Assembly (NCBI GenBank): GCA_029838195.1
Contig: JALGVJ010000038.1
Span: 1-64,000 of the forward strand
From: Promethearchaeota archaeon
GTDB lineage: Archaea; Asgardarchaeota; Lokiarchaeia; Sigyniarchaeales; SOKP01
Direction of reading: 5' to 3'
DNA: 64,000 bases
The notes below the pieces were generated by a model. It was not told the origin of the DNA and searched no databases. It saw nothing but the letters and a program-made list of their open reading frames with translations. Shown in pieces: positions 30,581-41,405 of this stretch (the first letter of the stretch is position 1; each line of letters opens with the position of its first letter). A program made the position numbers and the translations under genes.

Positions 30581-31852
30581 GTGAGCGGCCAAACCATTGC
30601 ACAAAAAATTTTGAGTTCTCATTGCATCCCGGAAAATCCCTTTCCCCAACCGGATGATATCATCATGGCTAAAATAGATTTGATCATGAGTCATTTTGGA
30701 ACGGCAAAGGTCCTGTTAGATTTTAACAAGATACGCCCCTCTAAAAAAAGAAAAGTGTTTGATCCCGAGAAAGTGGTTATTCTTTTTGATCATTACAATC
30801 CTGCCCCTTCTGAAAAATGGGCGTCTGTTCATGATTTAATACGAAAATTTGTGAAAAATCAAAAAATCAAGCATTTTTATGATATTAAAGAAGGAATTTG
30901 TCATCAAGTTCTCCCGGAAAAAGGTCATGTAAGGCCAGGAATGCTCATTATCGGAGGAGATAGCCATACCACGACACATGGGGCTTTCAATGCGGCAGGT
31001 TGCGGAGTTGGTAATACCGATTTATTTTACGCGTATGTCAAGGGGCAAACATGGCTAAGAGTTCCTCACACGATACAATTTAATATCTCAGGAAAATTGC
31101 CGCATAATGTCATGAGCAAGGATATTATCATTAAAATTGCGGGAGATCATGGCGCAGATGTAGCAAATTATAAAGCGATTGAATTCACCGGAGATACGAT
31201 GGAACAATTGAGCATTGCTTCACGAATGACCATGAGCAATTTTGCTTTGGAATTGGGGGCAAAATTTGCGTTTGGAGTTCCCGATCAAAAAGTGGCCGAT
31301 TGGGTTAAACAGCGAACATCTGTCCCCTTTGAATTAGTGAAAGCAGATGAGGATGCCGTCTATGAAAAGGTTCATGAAATGGATGTGAGTGAATTAGAAC
31401 CTCAAGTATCCTGTCCTCACACGGTAGATAACGTGAAACCCATTTCAGAGGTCGTTGGTATAAAAATCAACCAAGCATTCTTGGGATCTTGCACGAATGG
31501 AAGATTGGAAGATTTACAAGTTGCGGCAAAAATTTTGGAGGGCCATCAAGTACATCCAGATGTCCGCATGATTATCACGCCCGCCAGCAAAGAAGTGTGG
31601 TTAGATGCCATGAAAGCAGGTCTTTTTGAAATCTTCATAAATGCTGGTGCCGTTATCACAAATCCTAACTGTGGGGCTTGTTTCGGAGCCCATGGAGGAG
31701 TACTGGCTCCGAGTGAGCGGTGTATTTCGAGCTCTAATAGAAATTTTCAAGGAAGAATGGGGAGCATCGCTTCTGAAATATATTTAGCCTCTCCCGCCAC
31801 GGTGGCAGCTTCTGCCATTAAGGGAGAAATAACAGATCCAAGAACTTTTTAG
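30581..31852 (+). CDS. Isopropylmalate dehydratase/homoaconitase-family large subunit (LeuC/HacA/DmdA-like)
   Basis: GICHQV, DSHTTTHGA, GSCTNGR, CGACFG, SNRNFQGRMG. Confidence 0.92.
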   Translation: MSGQTIAQKILSSHCIPENPFPQPDDIIMAKIDLIMSHFGTAKVLLDFNKIRPSKKRKVFDPEKVVILFDHYNPAPSEKWASVHDLIRKFVKNQKIKHFYDIKEGICHQVLPEKGHVRPGMLIIGGDSHTTTHGAFNAAGCGVGNTDLFYAYVKGQTWLRVPHTIQFNISGKLPHNVMSKDIIIKIAGDHGADVANYKAIEFTGDTMEQLSIASRMTMSNFALELGAKFAFGVPDQKVADWVKQRTSVPFELVKADEDAVYEKVHEMDVSELEPQVSCPHTVDNVKPISEVVGIKINQAFLGSCTNGRLEDLQVAAKILEGHQVHPDVRMIITPASKEVWLDAMKAGLFEIFINAGAVITNPNCGACFGAHGGVLAPSERCISSSNRNFQGRMGSIASEIYLASPATVAASAIKGEITDPRTF

Positions 31853-31865
31853 GAGGGATCATGAA

Positions 31866-32402
31866 ATGGCAATGGGAGGAACAAAATCCATTAAAGAATA
31901 TAAAGATGTAATTAAAGGGAAAACATGGGTCTTTCCCGATAATGTAAATACCGATGAGATCTCGCCAAGTAAGTATTTGGATGATCTTAAAGCAACCTTA
32001 GAACATACATGTGAAACCATAATTAGAGAATTTCCTCAGCAAGTAAAAGAAGGTGATATCATTATAGCGGGAAAAAACTTCGGATGCGGTTCCAGTAGGG
32101 AAACGGCACCCATCATTTTTCAAGAAAAAGGAATTGCCGCCATTGTGGCGGAATCGTTTGCTCGAATTTTCTATCGATCTTCCATTGCACGAGCACTTCC
32201 CATTTTAGAAGTGGAAGGAATCGCCAAGGAATTCCAAACGGGAGATGAAGTAGAAATAAATATTCCAAAAGCGGAAGTCATTAATAAACGGACGGGGAAA
32301 ACCTTTATCGGAAAAAAGCTTCATCCGATCTTGTTAAATATTCTAAAACAAGGAGGATTAGAACGAATGTTATTAGAGGAATTAAAACAAAAAAATAGAT
32401 GA
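31866..32402 (+). CDS. LeuD/HacB/DmdB-like small subunit
   Basis: DNVNTDEI, GKNFGCGSSRE, SFARIFYR. Confidence 0.92.
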   Translation: MAMGGTKSIKEYKDVIKGKTWVFPDNVNTDEISPSKYLDDLKATLEHTCETIIREFPQQVKEGDIIIAGKNFGCGSSRETAPIIFQEKGIAAIVAESFARIFYRSSIARALPILEVEGIAKEFQTGDEVEINIPKAEVINKRTGKTFIGKKLHPILLNILKQGGLERMLLEELKQKNR

Positions 32403-32468
32403 TTTTTTTTAAAATCTTTTTTTATTTAATATTCTCCAGTACTTTTATTTCTAATGCGCCTTCAGGTT

Positions 32469-33881
32469 TCAGAGATTTAATTTTTTCAATTTTTCTTTAT
32501 TCTCAGCCACTTTTTCCGGAGTCAAGTCATAAAAATACCAAAATAAAATCCCCGCTATTAGCATTAATATTAACGGCACTAAAGCAAATTGCAATCTAAG
32601 TCCCCAAAGTGCAAGTTCCGTCTGAATTTGGACCGCAGGATCAAATCCCGTGGTAATGTGAATGGCCCAAAACACGACGGCTTGGATGATTATGGAAAGT
32701 CTTACCATGAAGGTGCGAATACCTAAAAACACTCCTTCTTGCCGTATCTCGCTTTCAAGAATGATCTCATCGATACAATCCGAAAAGATCAATTGATTTC
32801 CATAATAGATAGAGGAGACACCAAATCCTAAAATGGCAATGAAAATAGAATATAGCACCAAGTTGTTCAAGAATATCATGGGAAATAACACGATTGCCGC
32901 CCAGAAAAATCCTAACATGAATAATTTTCGATGTCCAAGCTTGTTAATCACCTTAATCCAAAGGGCTATCCCCGCTAACTGCCCGATTAGAAGCCCGGCT
33001 GAAAGCGCAATCTCAAAAGTAGCCGGTAAACGTAAGATGTAGGGAACAACATAAGGAATGGAAGCTAACATGATGGTCGTTAACGAATGGAAAAAAAGAT
33101 AAGCGACCAAATAAGCAAGAAAATTTTTTTGGTGCCTCAACCGCTTCAAGACCTCTAAAAACGATTCCATGGTTTCCTTTTCTCTTTCGAATTCCATCGC
33201 CCTTTGTTTCATTTCTTCGGTTTCTCTTGAACCCGGTACTGAAATCACGAATGCCCCGAATGATATGAAAGACATGACGATCATTGCCATGAGATACGAT
33301 TGCTTGTTCCCGTATTCAATAAAAAGAGGAGGTAATAAAGTGCCTAAAGCTGACGCTATTAACCCCAAAGGACTTCCAATTCCCGCAATTTTTCTTCTTT
33401 CTTTATCAGAACGAAATTTATCCGGAAATAAACTATAATAATTTGTCATCCAACCGGAATAAAACGCATCATAAAGACAAATCGTCACGAGAAACCAAAT
33501 GAAAATTACCACCGAATACATGTCAATATTTAATGCCGGAGGTATGAATACGAGAATGATGAAAAAACAATAAGGCACGCCCATGGCCACGATCCAAGGG
33601 AATCGTCTCCCATATTTTTTCCAAAAGCGATTTGGTTTATCAGAAATCCAACCTAAAAGGGGATCATTTATCATGTTCCAAACTCCATAAATGACATAAC
33701 CGATTAAAACTAATGTAACGTTCAAGCGAACTTCATTTTCGTAAAATGCAAATACCCTTGCGGCAAATACGGTAAACAAAAATGACCTGACAAAATAACC
33801 GAACGCAAAAGATACATGAATTTTTGAAGAATATTGTATTTCTTCAGAAATCATGCTCATGCCTTTATTAGAGAGATTCAA
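32469..33881 (-). CDS. MFS transporter, GPH/MelB family
   Basis: WNMINDPLLGWISD, GRRFPW, RQEGVFLG. Confidence 0.88.
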   Translation of the reverse strand: MNLSNKGMSMISEEIQYSSKIHVSFAFGYFVRSFLFTVFAARVFAFYENEVRLNVTLVLIGYVIYGVWNMINDPLLGWISDKPNRFWKKYGRRFPWIVAMGVPYCFFIILVFIPPALNIDMYSVVIFIWFLVTICLYDAFYSGWMTNYYSLFPDKFRSDKERRKIAGIGSPLGLIASALGTLLPPLFIEYGNKQSYLMAMIVMSFISFGAFVISVPGSRETEEMKQRAMEFEREKETMESFLEVLKRLRHQKNFLAYLVAYLFFHSLTTIMLASIPYVVPYILRLPATFEIALSAGLLIGQLAGIALWIKVINKLGHRKLFMLGFFWAAIVLFPMIFLNNLVLYSIFIAILGFGVSSIYYGNQLIFSDCIDEIILESEIRQEGVFLGIRTFMVRLSIIIQAVVFWAIHITTGFDPAVQIQTELALWGLRLQFALVPLILMLIAGILFWYFYDLTPEKVAENKEKLKKLNL

Positions 33882-34145
33882 GACTACATTCCTCTATTGG
33901 TATTTAATTTAAAATTTTAACAACGACGTGTTGATATAGTTTTTGATTCATGTTTATTTAAAATTTTGGGCATGTTTAAAAAACCGCAATTTTTAGAAAA
34001 TTATTAAATTCCGTTATATTTTTTGATTGAGAAGGCATGTTAGTTTTAAAGAGAGGAGTATCAAGGGAAAGAAGGAAAAAATAAGAATATTTAATGGAAA
34101 CTATAGAACTATTAGATATTAGAATAAATAAGTTTTATATTATTT

Positions 34146-35030
34146 TCAATGGACGTCGGTGTCATTGCTATATTTTTTTTGCAACTGATCATAATAGGGA
34201 ACATTTAAGAATTCATTGAGCTCTGTGAAAGAGCTCATGATATCTTTAAATTTCCGCTGTTTTCCCGTTTCTTTTAATAGCTGTAAATCAGTTCTACATG
34301 CTAAAATGGTGGCTGAAAGGCAGATCCCTGGATATATGGCAAGGGAATATCCCATTTGATTTAATTCTTCCACGGATACGTTAGGCGTGCGGGGAGATAA
34401 ATTAATAAGATGCGGAACGTCTGGTAATAGCTTGGGAATTTTTTTCATTTGATTTTTTGTCCTGGGTGCTTCAATAAATAATATATCTGCCCCCGCCTCA
34501 GCATAAATTTTTCCCCGTTCAATGGCCTCTTCGAAGCCGTGAGTAGCAATAGCATCCGTTCGGGCAATGATTAGAAAATCGGGATCTTTCCTGGCATCCA
34601 TAGCCGCTTTAATTTTGTTTACCATCTCCTCAATATCAATTACTTTTTTTCCTAACATGTGTCCGCATCGTTTGGGCCATTTTTGGTCTTCAACATGAAT
34701 GGCAGCCACCCCTGCTTTTTCATATTCTTTCACGGTTCGGTGCACGTTAATGGGGTTTCCATATCCCGTATCGGCATCCGCAATTACTGGAATGGATACC
34801 GCATTGGCGATTCTAGAAGCATTTTCGACCATTTCTGTCATAGTCAGTAATCCAAGATCAGGTAATCCAAAATCTGCGGCCGCTGTTCCATAGCCCGTCA
34901 TGTAAACGGCTTGGAATCCTTCATTTTCGATGATCTTAGCAGTTAATGCATCATAGGCCCCTGGCACCACGAGCACCCTATTAGATTTGAGTAATGCTCT
35001 CAAATTTTTTTTATCTTTCATGAATTTCAC
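34146..35030 (-). CDS. Isocitrate lyase/PEP mutase family lyase (methylisocitrate or dimethylmalate lyase-like)
   Basis: GAYDALTA, DADTGYG, EDQKWPKRCGH, IIARTDA. Confidence 0.9.
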   Translation of the reverse strand: MKFMKDKKNLRALLKSNRVLVVPGAYDALTAKIIENEGFQAVYMTGYGTAAADFGLPDLGLLTMTEMVENASRIANAVSIPVIADADTGYGNPINVHRTVKEYEKAGVAAIHVEDQKWPKRCGHMLGKKVIDIEEMVNKIKAAMDARKDPDFLIIARTDAIATHGFEEAIERGKIYAEAGADILFIEAPRTKNQMKKIPKLLPDVPHLINLSPRTPNVSVEELNQMGYSLAIYPGICLSATILACRTDLQLLKETGKQRKFKDIMSSFTELNEFLNVPYYDQLQKKYSNDTDVH

Positions 35031-35086
35031 GATCTTTTATTCATGTCTAGCATGTTTGAATTTAGCTAAATAAAATAAAATAAAAA

Positions 35087-35974
35087 TTATTTAATAAACC
35101 CTGCCGCTTTTAAACATTCAATATTTTGTTCTATATTCCATTGGAGGCCTTGAAGTGATTCTTTAGTAAACAAGGGTGAATTTGGGATGATACTTTCTTG
35201 ATAAAGTTCCGTAATTTTTTCTACCGAATACCCTTCTTCATGCCACTGGATAAGTGCGTTTTTCGCTTTCATGTACATGTCTTCTACATTATTCAAAATG
35301 AAATCGACATCATCATCAGTATAAGTTCCAAAGTGGGAAAATGAGATAGAATTAATCATTGGCCGCATTTTTTTTAATTTTTTATAAGTATTCAGCAAGG
35401 ATGCTTCATTAAAGTTAGGGCCAAATAATACGGGAACGTAAGTGTCATGGTCTAAAATATCGATCACAGCATCCCCTACAATTAAATTCCTATTCTTTTT
35501 ATCATAAATTGCAATGGAATCTTGCGTGTGACCAAAAAATTCAAAAATTTCCAACTCTAACCCATCTAATTTAATTATATCTCCCTCTTTTAAGGGCGTG
35601 GCATTCTCAATGGGCTCCACGGAATATTTGAAAAATTCATTCATTTTTTCGGGATTCTTTAACACGGGAAGGGCGTTTTCATGGGCTAATACTTCAATTT
35701 CCGTGTCTTGCATAATTTTTTTAAGACGATGATACGCTTGAATGTGATCCCAATGAGCGTGTGTAAATAGAATCTTTTGGATGGGATAAAGATTAAAATT
35801 TTTTAATTTTTTCACGATTTTTCTTGCGGATAAGGTTTCTCCCGTATCAATTAACATTCGAGAAGTACCACTTTCAAACACGTAAAGTGCTAAGGTTTTT
35901 TTGAGCTTAAAAAATTCCGCATCTATGAGAGTCATATTGGGATTAATTTTTCCTTCCTCATTTAAATGAGCCAT
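35087..35974 (-). CDS. MBL-fold metallohydrolase
   Basis: IDTG, THAHWDH, GHT, GDA, HFG. Confidence 0.88.
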   Translation of the reverse strand: MAHLNEEGKINPNMTLIDAEFFKLKKTLALYVFESGTSRMLIDTGETLSARKIVKKLKNFNLYPIQKILFTHAHWDHIQAYHRLKKIMQDTEIEVLAHENALPVLKNPEKMNEFFKYSVEPIENATPLKEGDIIKLDGLELEIFEFFGHTQDSIAIYDKKNRNLIVGDAVIDILDHDTYVPVLFGPNFNEASLLNTYKKLKKMRPMINSISFSHFGTYTDDDVDFILNNVEDMYMKAKNALIQWHEEGYSVEKITELYQESIIPNSPLFTKESLQGLQWNIEQNIECLKAAGFIK

Positions 35975-36688
35975 TATAGATTTCCTTTTTATTATCTTTA
36001 ATTAAAATTTAGTTTTTCGATATGTTATAAATTAAGAATTGAATAAAATATTTAAATAAGAATAGTATTACTTCTCGGCATTGAGAGCCATGAAAAGAGG
36101 ATGTTGAATAATAGCAACGACTACCTCATGTTAACTCACGTTTTAATTACTTAACCATCTATTCTAATCATATATTTTTAGAGAAATTTATATTTTCTCG
36201 GTTTATTTGAATTTCTAAAAATTTTATTACCTTTTATTAAATACTTGAAAACTTCCTTTGGTGAACATATAGGTGAAGATTAAATAGAATCTAAATTAAA
36301 TTCTATCGAGTTCTCTTCATGAAGTTTAACGGATGATGGCGATGGTTTTGATTAGCAACTTACTTCTCTAATCGATTTTTATGGGGCATAGTAATTACGT
36401 TAAATTAGACGTATTTTTCTTAATTTATTTTCAAAAATTCTATAATTTTTGTTAAAATGGGAATGTTCTCTCTCCAATTAAATAGTGCTAAGATATATCT
36501 CGCATTTTGTGGATATATAAGAAATTTATTTTTCTTTAGAACAATAAGATGGAGCAGGGTCACGTAAAGAAGAACTTAAAGGAAAGGGAAAAAAATGTAA
36601 AATTTACCCCATCCAAAAATTAACAAACTAGCATTAATATTTAGATAGTATCATTTCTTTAATAAGTACACTTCTTTCTAAAAAAAAA

Positions 36689-37741
36689 TTATTCAATAGT
36701 AGTTTTTAACTTTACACGCTTGAGTTCCGAAACGAAAATGTAGACTATTGGTACGAGAATGATGCCTCCCAAAATGATAAGCATGATTTTCTCATCAATG
36801 TCAGCCGGTAAGCTAATTATAGTTATTAACGTTATTACCGCTATCGCTGCTAGCGCCAGAGTTATTAGCGTTTCTTTAGCGTCATGTTTTCCAGAAATTT
36901 CCCGGGGTCGTGGCGCTTGCATTAAGAATATTGAAATCCAAGTTAAAATGCTAAAATAGGCAGAAAACCATATCAGAAAACCAAAACCCCAATCTCTATA
37001 CTCTAAAGATGTTCGGGTTCTAAATCCAAGGGCATCAATTATCGCTTGTAAGCCCGTTTCAGGAGGAGGTAACCCAGTTTTTAATATAGATAATGCACTA
37101 GCCCACATTGCAGGTAAAGTAAATATCCACCTGTATATACAATACATTACGCACCAAGTTGCAATTATTACCGAAGAATATTTCATTATTCGAAACCGTT
37201 CTAATTTTTCTTTGTCTTTTATCGAAAAAACACGGCGCAGTTGCATGATTGCAAGTGGAAGTATTGACAGGAACCCAATCCCCCATAATGTCTCCACTAA
37301 TACACTCGTTAATGCAAAATGGGTGATCCCACCCCATGTATCAATGGGTTGTGCTAGAACTATACATCCTACTAGGATATAAGGAGTCTTAGTAATGAAT
37401 GACTTGAATTTATTAGCACGTGTGTCTTCGGAAGGAGGAATATAAGTATCAAACTTTAACATCGCATATGCAATTAATCCCGCAAACGAAACTTCCGCAA
37501 ACGTGTTCGGTATTCGGAAAGTATATGGTAAACACCATACACCAATCGCTCGATAGGCAGAAACTAAGGTAACGATTACCCCCATGATTCGCATCCATTT
37601 CCGATATGTTAGATCCTTACCATCCCTTGGAAGTAGGGATTTTTTATAAACAATTGCACAATACACCACGCTCATGACGTTAATAATCACCATGGTTGTA
37701 TACCAAGGGATTGCCCAGGCTGTGTTAATGTGCTCGAACAT
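36689..37741 (-). CDS. Multi-pass membrane protein
   Basis: 350-aa hydrophobic ORF with RBS. Confidence 0.7.
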   Translation of the reverse strand: MFEHINTAWAIPWYTTMVIINVMSVVYCAIVYKKSLLPRDGKDLTYRKWMRIMGVIVTLVSAYRAIGVWCLPYTFRIPNTFAEVSFAGLIAYAMLKFDTYIPPSEDTRANKFKSFITKTPYILVGCIVLAQPIDTWGGITHFALTSVLVETLWGIGFLSILPLAIMQLRRVFSIKDKEKLERFRIMKYSSVIIATWCVMYCIYRWIFTLPAMWASALSILKTGLPPPETGLQAIIDALGFRTRTSLEYRDWGFGFLIWFSAYFSILTWISIFLMQAPRPREISGKHDAKETLITLALAAIAVITLITIISLPADIDEKIMLIILGGIILVPIVYIFVSELKRVKLKTTIE

Positions 37742-38172
37742 GTTTTTATCCTCGTCTTTTCTTAATTTTTATAAACATGTAAATTTTTATATTTTACTTC
37801 AATTATATATTTCTTTATTATTTATTTAGCAGATTGATCTAAGATTTTGTTCTTTTAAAATTTTCCTAATTCCGGAGTAAAATGTCATCAAATTTAAATA
37901 TTGAATAATCTTGTACAAATTCAATTCTTACTACGAATCTCCGTGATTCTTATAAATGCATTCCTGATTTGATTGTTTTAACCCCCCAATAATTTATTAA
38001 AACCTATCTTTGAACAATCATGATTCCTTTTTCAATTCTCGATATTTAAGGAACGTAATTCCCCTTGAGGTTATTTTTTAATAATATCTTACATGTTAAA
38101 TTATTATTCTTTACAAAGATAATTAAACAAAGCATGGTAAATGAATAGATCAACACCTTTCCATGACTGAAA

Positions 38173-39600
38173 ATGAATGCTGTAAAACTCCGTAAATTAA
38201 AGGGTATTAGAGTAATCGGATATACCGCCACCACTCTTGGGATGTTTTTGAATAACATCTTCTTTAGCGTGTTTATCTTTCAATTTTATGTATATACCAT
38301 TAATCTTGATTCTATTTTTGTCTCTATTGGTGTATCGATTAATGCTTTTGTTGCTGCCATTGTTTCCATCATTAGTGGCGTCGTTGCTGATAATAAAAAG
38401 CCAAATAAATTAGGAAAGCGACGCGTTCTCATGCTCTATGGCATGCCTATCTGGTTTCTTGCAACAATTCTCATATGGAATCCTCCTTGGTATTGCCCTC
38501 CTGATAATCAGTTATTTCTCCCCACAGCTCTCTTCTTTTGGACGATCACCATGATCCGTGCTCTATCAGGTTCGTTTATTTTGACAGTACATACCTCCAT
38601 GCTGCCCGAACAATCTCAAACTCATCAAAATAGAGAAAAAATCGCAAGCTGGAACACTTTTTTCTCGATTACCGCTTCCGTTTTCTCCTTAATGCTTCCT
38701 CTCCTCGTTCAGAGTCTATTGGAAGACCCGCAAAACGTGAAATGGTGGCAACCCTCGGGTAAAATCGTTCTTCTCTACGTTCCACTGATTGGATTCTTGT
38801 TTGCATCGTTAGGTATTCTTACTATGCTCTTCACTTTTTTTTCTGTTGACGAATCCTTTCATGCGAGGGCCACGAAATCTCATGAAAAACGCTCGATTAA
38901 AAAGTCTTTTAAACAAATGTTAAAACCGGCACGAAACAAGGAGTTCAAAAAATTCTTGATAGTTCGTTTTTTACACAGTTCAGCGGGCAAAATCTTAGGA
39001 ATCGTTATCATTCCTTTTCTCACCTACACCTTAAAATTTAAGGAAACCGAATTCTTACTATACGTGTTAGTTTCAATCACGAGTAAATATTGCCTCTTGT
39101 ATCTCTGGAAAAAAATCTTGAATCGAAAAGGATTAATTTCATCCTATTTCATCAGCGTGGAAATAACTTTAGGAGCCACGTTCCTCATCATTTTCTTTTT
39201 ATTTGAGGATTTAGCCTTCTGGTTAAAGATTTTCATTTTCGTGGTCTCTATAGGTACCATTTTAGGAAACATGTATGCATTTGGCCTTTTCACGACTCCC
39301 ATCACAGGAGCTCTCATTCATGACGAAGCCGAGAAAACCATGCTCATTAAGATGGATATTAGCCTGGATTCTTCTATCTCCCAAATATCCGGATCGTATT
39401 TTGGATTACAAGGTTTTATTGAAGCCGTAGGAATCGCTTTTGCCTCTCTCTTAATAGGATTCATCTTAACCGGGGAAAACCAAAAAAACGCAAGTTTAAT
39501 CACGCTATGCCTCTTATCCATGAGCCTTTTCTACATCATTAGCTTATTTTTCCTGAAAAAAATAAAAATAAATAATAGAACGCCCCTTTCTTCCAAGTGA
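38173..39600 (+). CDS. MFS transporter, GPH family
   Basis: GVVADN...GKRR, SMLPEQ, about 12 TM. Confidence 0.82.
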   Translation: MNAVKLRKLKGIRVIGYTATTLGMFLNNIFFSVFIFQFYVYTINLDSIFVSIGVSINAFVAAIVSIISGVVADNKKPNKLGKRRVLMLYGMPIWFLATILIWNPPWYCPPDNQLFLPTALFFWTITMIRALSGSFILTVHTSMLPEQSQTHQNREKIASWNTFFSITASVFSLMLPLLVQSLLEDPQNVKWWQPSGKIVLLYVPLIGFLFASLGILTMLFTFFSVDESFHARATKSHEKRSIKKSFKQMLKPARNKEFKKFLIVRFLHSSAGKILGIVIIPFLTYTLKFKETEFLLYVLVSITSKYCLLYLWKKILNRKGLISSYFISVEITLGATFLIIFFLFEDLAFWLKIFIFVVSIGTILGNMYAFGLFTTPITGALIHDEAEKTMLIKMDISLDSSISQISGSYFGLQGFIEAVGIAFASLLIGFILTGENQKNASLITLCLLSMSLFYIISLFFLKKIKINNRTPLSSK

Positions 39601-39820
39601 ACCGATAAATCTTCTTTTTAAACCCTACAAACATTAGAAATAATTCCAATCATGAAAATGATTATCAAATTCTTAAAAAATATTTAATAAAAAGCAATGA
39701 TTTTTTGTTCATAATATAAAAAATAACTACCTTGTTTGATCAAACAAATATAAGGAAAAGCTTATTACTAAAATAATATCAAATCTAATTAAAAAATAAA
39801 AAAGAGACATGGCATGAGTA

Positions 39821-40447
39821 ATGAGTGAAAATGTAGAAAAATATATAAAAAGAGACGTGTACAAGTCAACAAGTTCAAGAATAGCACAAAAATTTGTAGA
39901 TGCGGGTTTGGAAAGAATTCGCTCTTGCATAAATTGTGGAACGTGTACGGGCAGTTGTCCATCAGGACGTCGAACTGCTTATCGAACGAGAAGTGCAATA
40001 CGGCGCGCTTTAACCGGAGATGAATCCGTGTTATCGGATATTGACATATGGTTTTGTAGCACGTGTTATTATTGCTATGAACGTTGTCCCCGTAATATCC
40101 CTGTAACTGACATGATTATTAAACTCCGGAATATTGCCGTGGAAGAAGGCTACATGCTAGATTCTCATTTAATATTAGCAAGGAATATCTTTTATGAAAC
40201 AGGACACGGAGTACCTGCTAGCGGTGAGGCAAATAAAAAATGGAGAGATTTAAGGGAATCGTATGGTTTACCGCCGTTACCGCCTACTGTTCATTCACAC
40301 CCGGAAGCAGTGAAAGAATGTCAAGAATTAATGGATGCGGTAGGGTTTAAAGAATTACTGGATAATGCAAAAAGGCTCAAAGAAGAAAGAAAAAAAGCTC
40401 AAGAAAAAAAAAATAATGAGGAAAAAATAGAGGAGAATTCTAAATGA
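39821..40447 (+). CDS. hdrC: Heterodisulfide reductase subunit C
   Basis: CINCGTCTGSCPSGR; WFCSTCYYCYERCPR. Confidence 0.93.
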   Translation: MSENVEKYIKRDVYKSTSSRIAQKFVDAGLERIRSCINCGTCTGSCPSGRRTAYRTRSAIRRALTGDESVLSDIDIWFCSTCYYCYERCPRNIPVTDMIIKLRNIAVEEGYMLDSHLILARNIFYETGHGVPASGEANKKWRDLRESYGLPPLPPTVHSHPEAVKECQELMDAVGFKELLDNAKRLKEERKKAQEKKNNEEKIEENSK

Positions 40448-41394
40448 GTGAAAAATACAAATGGAGATATGGATTTTTTTTAGGATGTGTTATTCCTAAC
40501 AGGTATCCCATGATAGAAGCTTCTATAAGGAGTGTTTTCGATCATTTAGGTGCAGAACTTTTAGATTTAGAAGGAGCTTCTTGTTGCCCTGCTCCCGGCG
40601 TGTTTCGGGCCTTTCATATTCCCACATGGTTCGTAATCGCCGCAAGAAACATCTCTATTGCTGAGGAATTAGGCGTGAGTCCCATTACCGGTTGTAATGG
40701 ATGCTACGGGACGCTTAGGGATGCATGGTATGATCTGGAACATGAACCTGAATTAAAAAATGAAGTAAACAAGCAGCTTGCTAAAATTGGCCGTCAATAT
40801 AAGGGAACTTTCGAACCAAAACATATAATTCAAGCTTTTTATTTGGATATGGGGTTAGACTATTTAAAAGATTTCATAAGATATAAATTCAATGATTTGA
40901 AAGTAGGTGTACATTATGGTTGTCATATACTTAAACCAAGTGATAAACGGCCTTGGAAGGGTGATTATGAATACCCTACCTTCTTAGATGAAATCGTGGA
41001 AATAACCGGAGCAAAAAGCATTGATTATAAGGATAAATACATGTGCTGCGGTGCTGGAGGTGCAGTCAGGTCTGCAATTAAAGAAGTTGCCGCAGATTTT
41101 ACCCGAGAAAAATTAATGAACATGAGAGATGCTGGAGTTGATATAATTGTCGATTGCTGTCCCTTTTGTCATTTGCAACTTGATTTGGGACAAGTTGAAG
41201 TTAATAATTTCTATAAAGATATTATTGGAGAACCTTTCAACATACCCATCATTTATATTACTCAATTATTAGGTGTTGCTTTCGGAATAGACCCAAATTT
41301 ATTGGGTTTAATAAAGAATCATGAATTATCAGGAGTTAGTCCTTTCATATCTATAGATCCTTTTTTAAAACTTGTAAAAGAACAATTAATTTAG
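40444..41394 (+). CDS. hdrB: Heterodisulfide reductase subunit B
   Basis: FLGC, SCCPAPG, HYGCH, CCGAGG, CPFCHLQ. Confidence 0.95.
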   Translation: MSEKYKWRYGFFLGCVIPNRYPMIEASIRSVFDHLGAELLDLEGASCCPAPGVFRAFHIPTWFVIAARNISIAEELGVSPITGCNGCYGTLRDAWYDLEHEPELKNEVNKQLAKIGRQYKGTFEPKHIIQAFYLDMGLDYLKDFIRYKFNDLKVGVHYGCHILKPSDKRPWKGDYEYPTFLDEIVEITGAKSIDYKDKYMCCGAGGAVRSAIKEVAADFTREKLMNMRDAGVDIIVDCCPFCHLQLDLGQVEVNNFYKDIIGEPFNIPIIYITQLLGVAFGIDPNLLGLIKNHELSGVSPFISIDPFLKLVKEQLI

Positions 41395-41405
41395 GAGGTC
41401 AGAAA

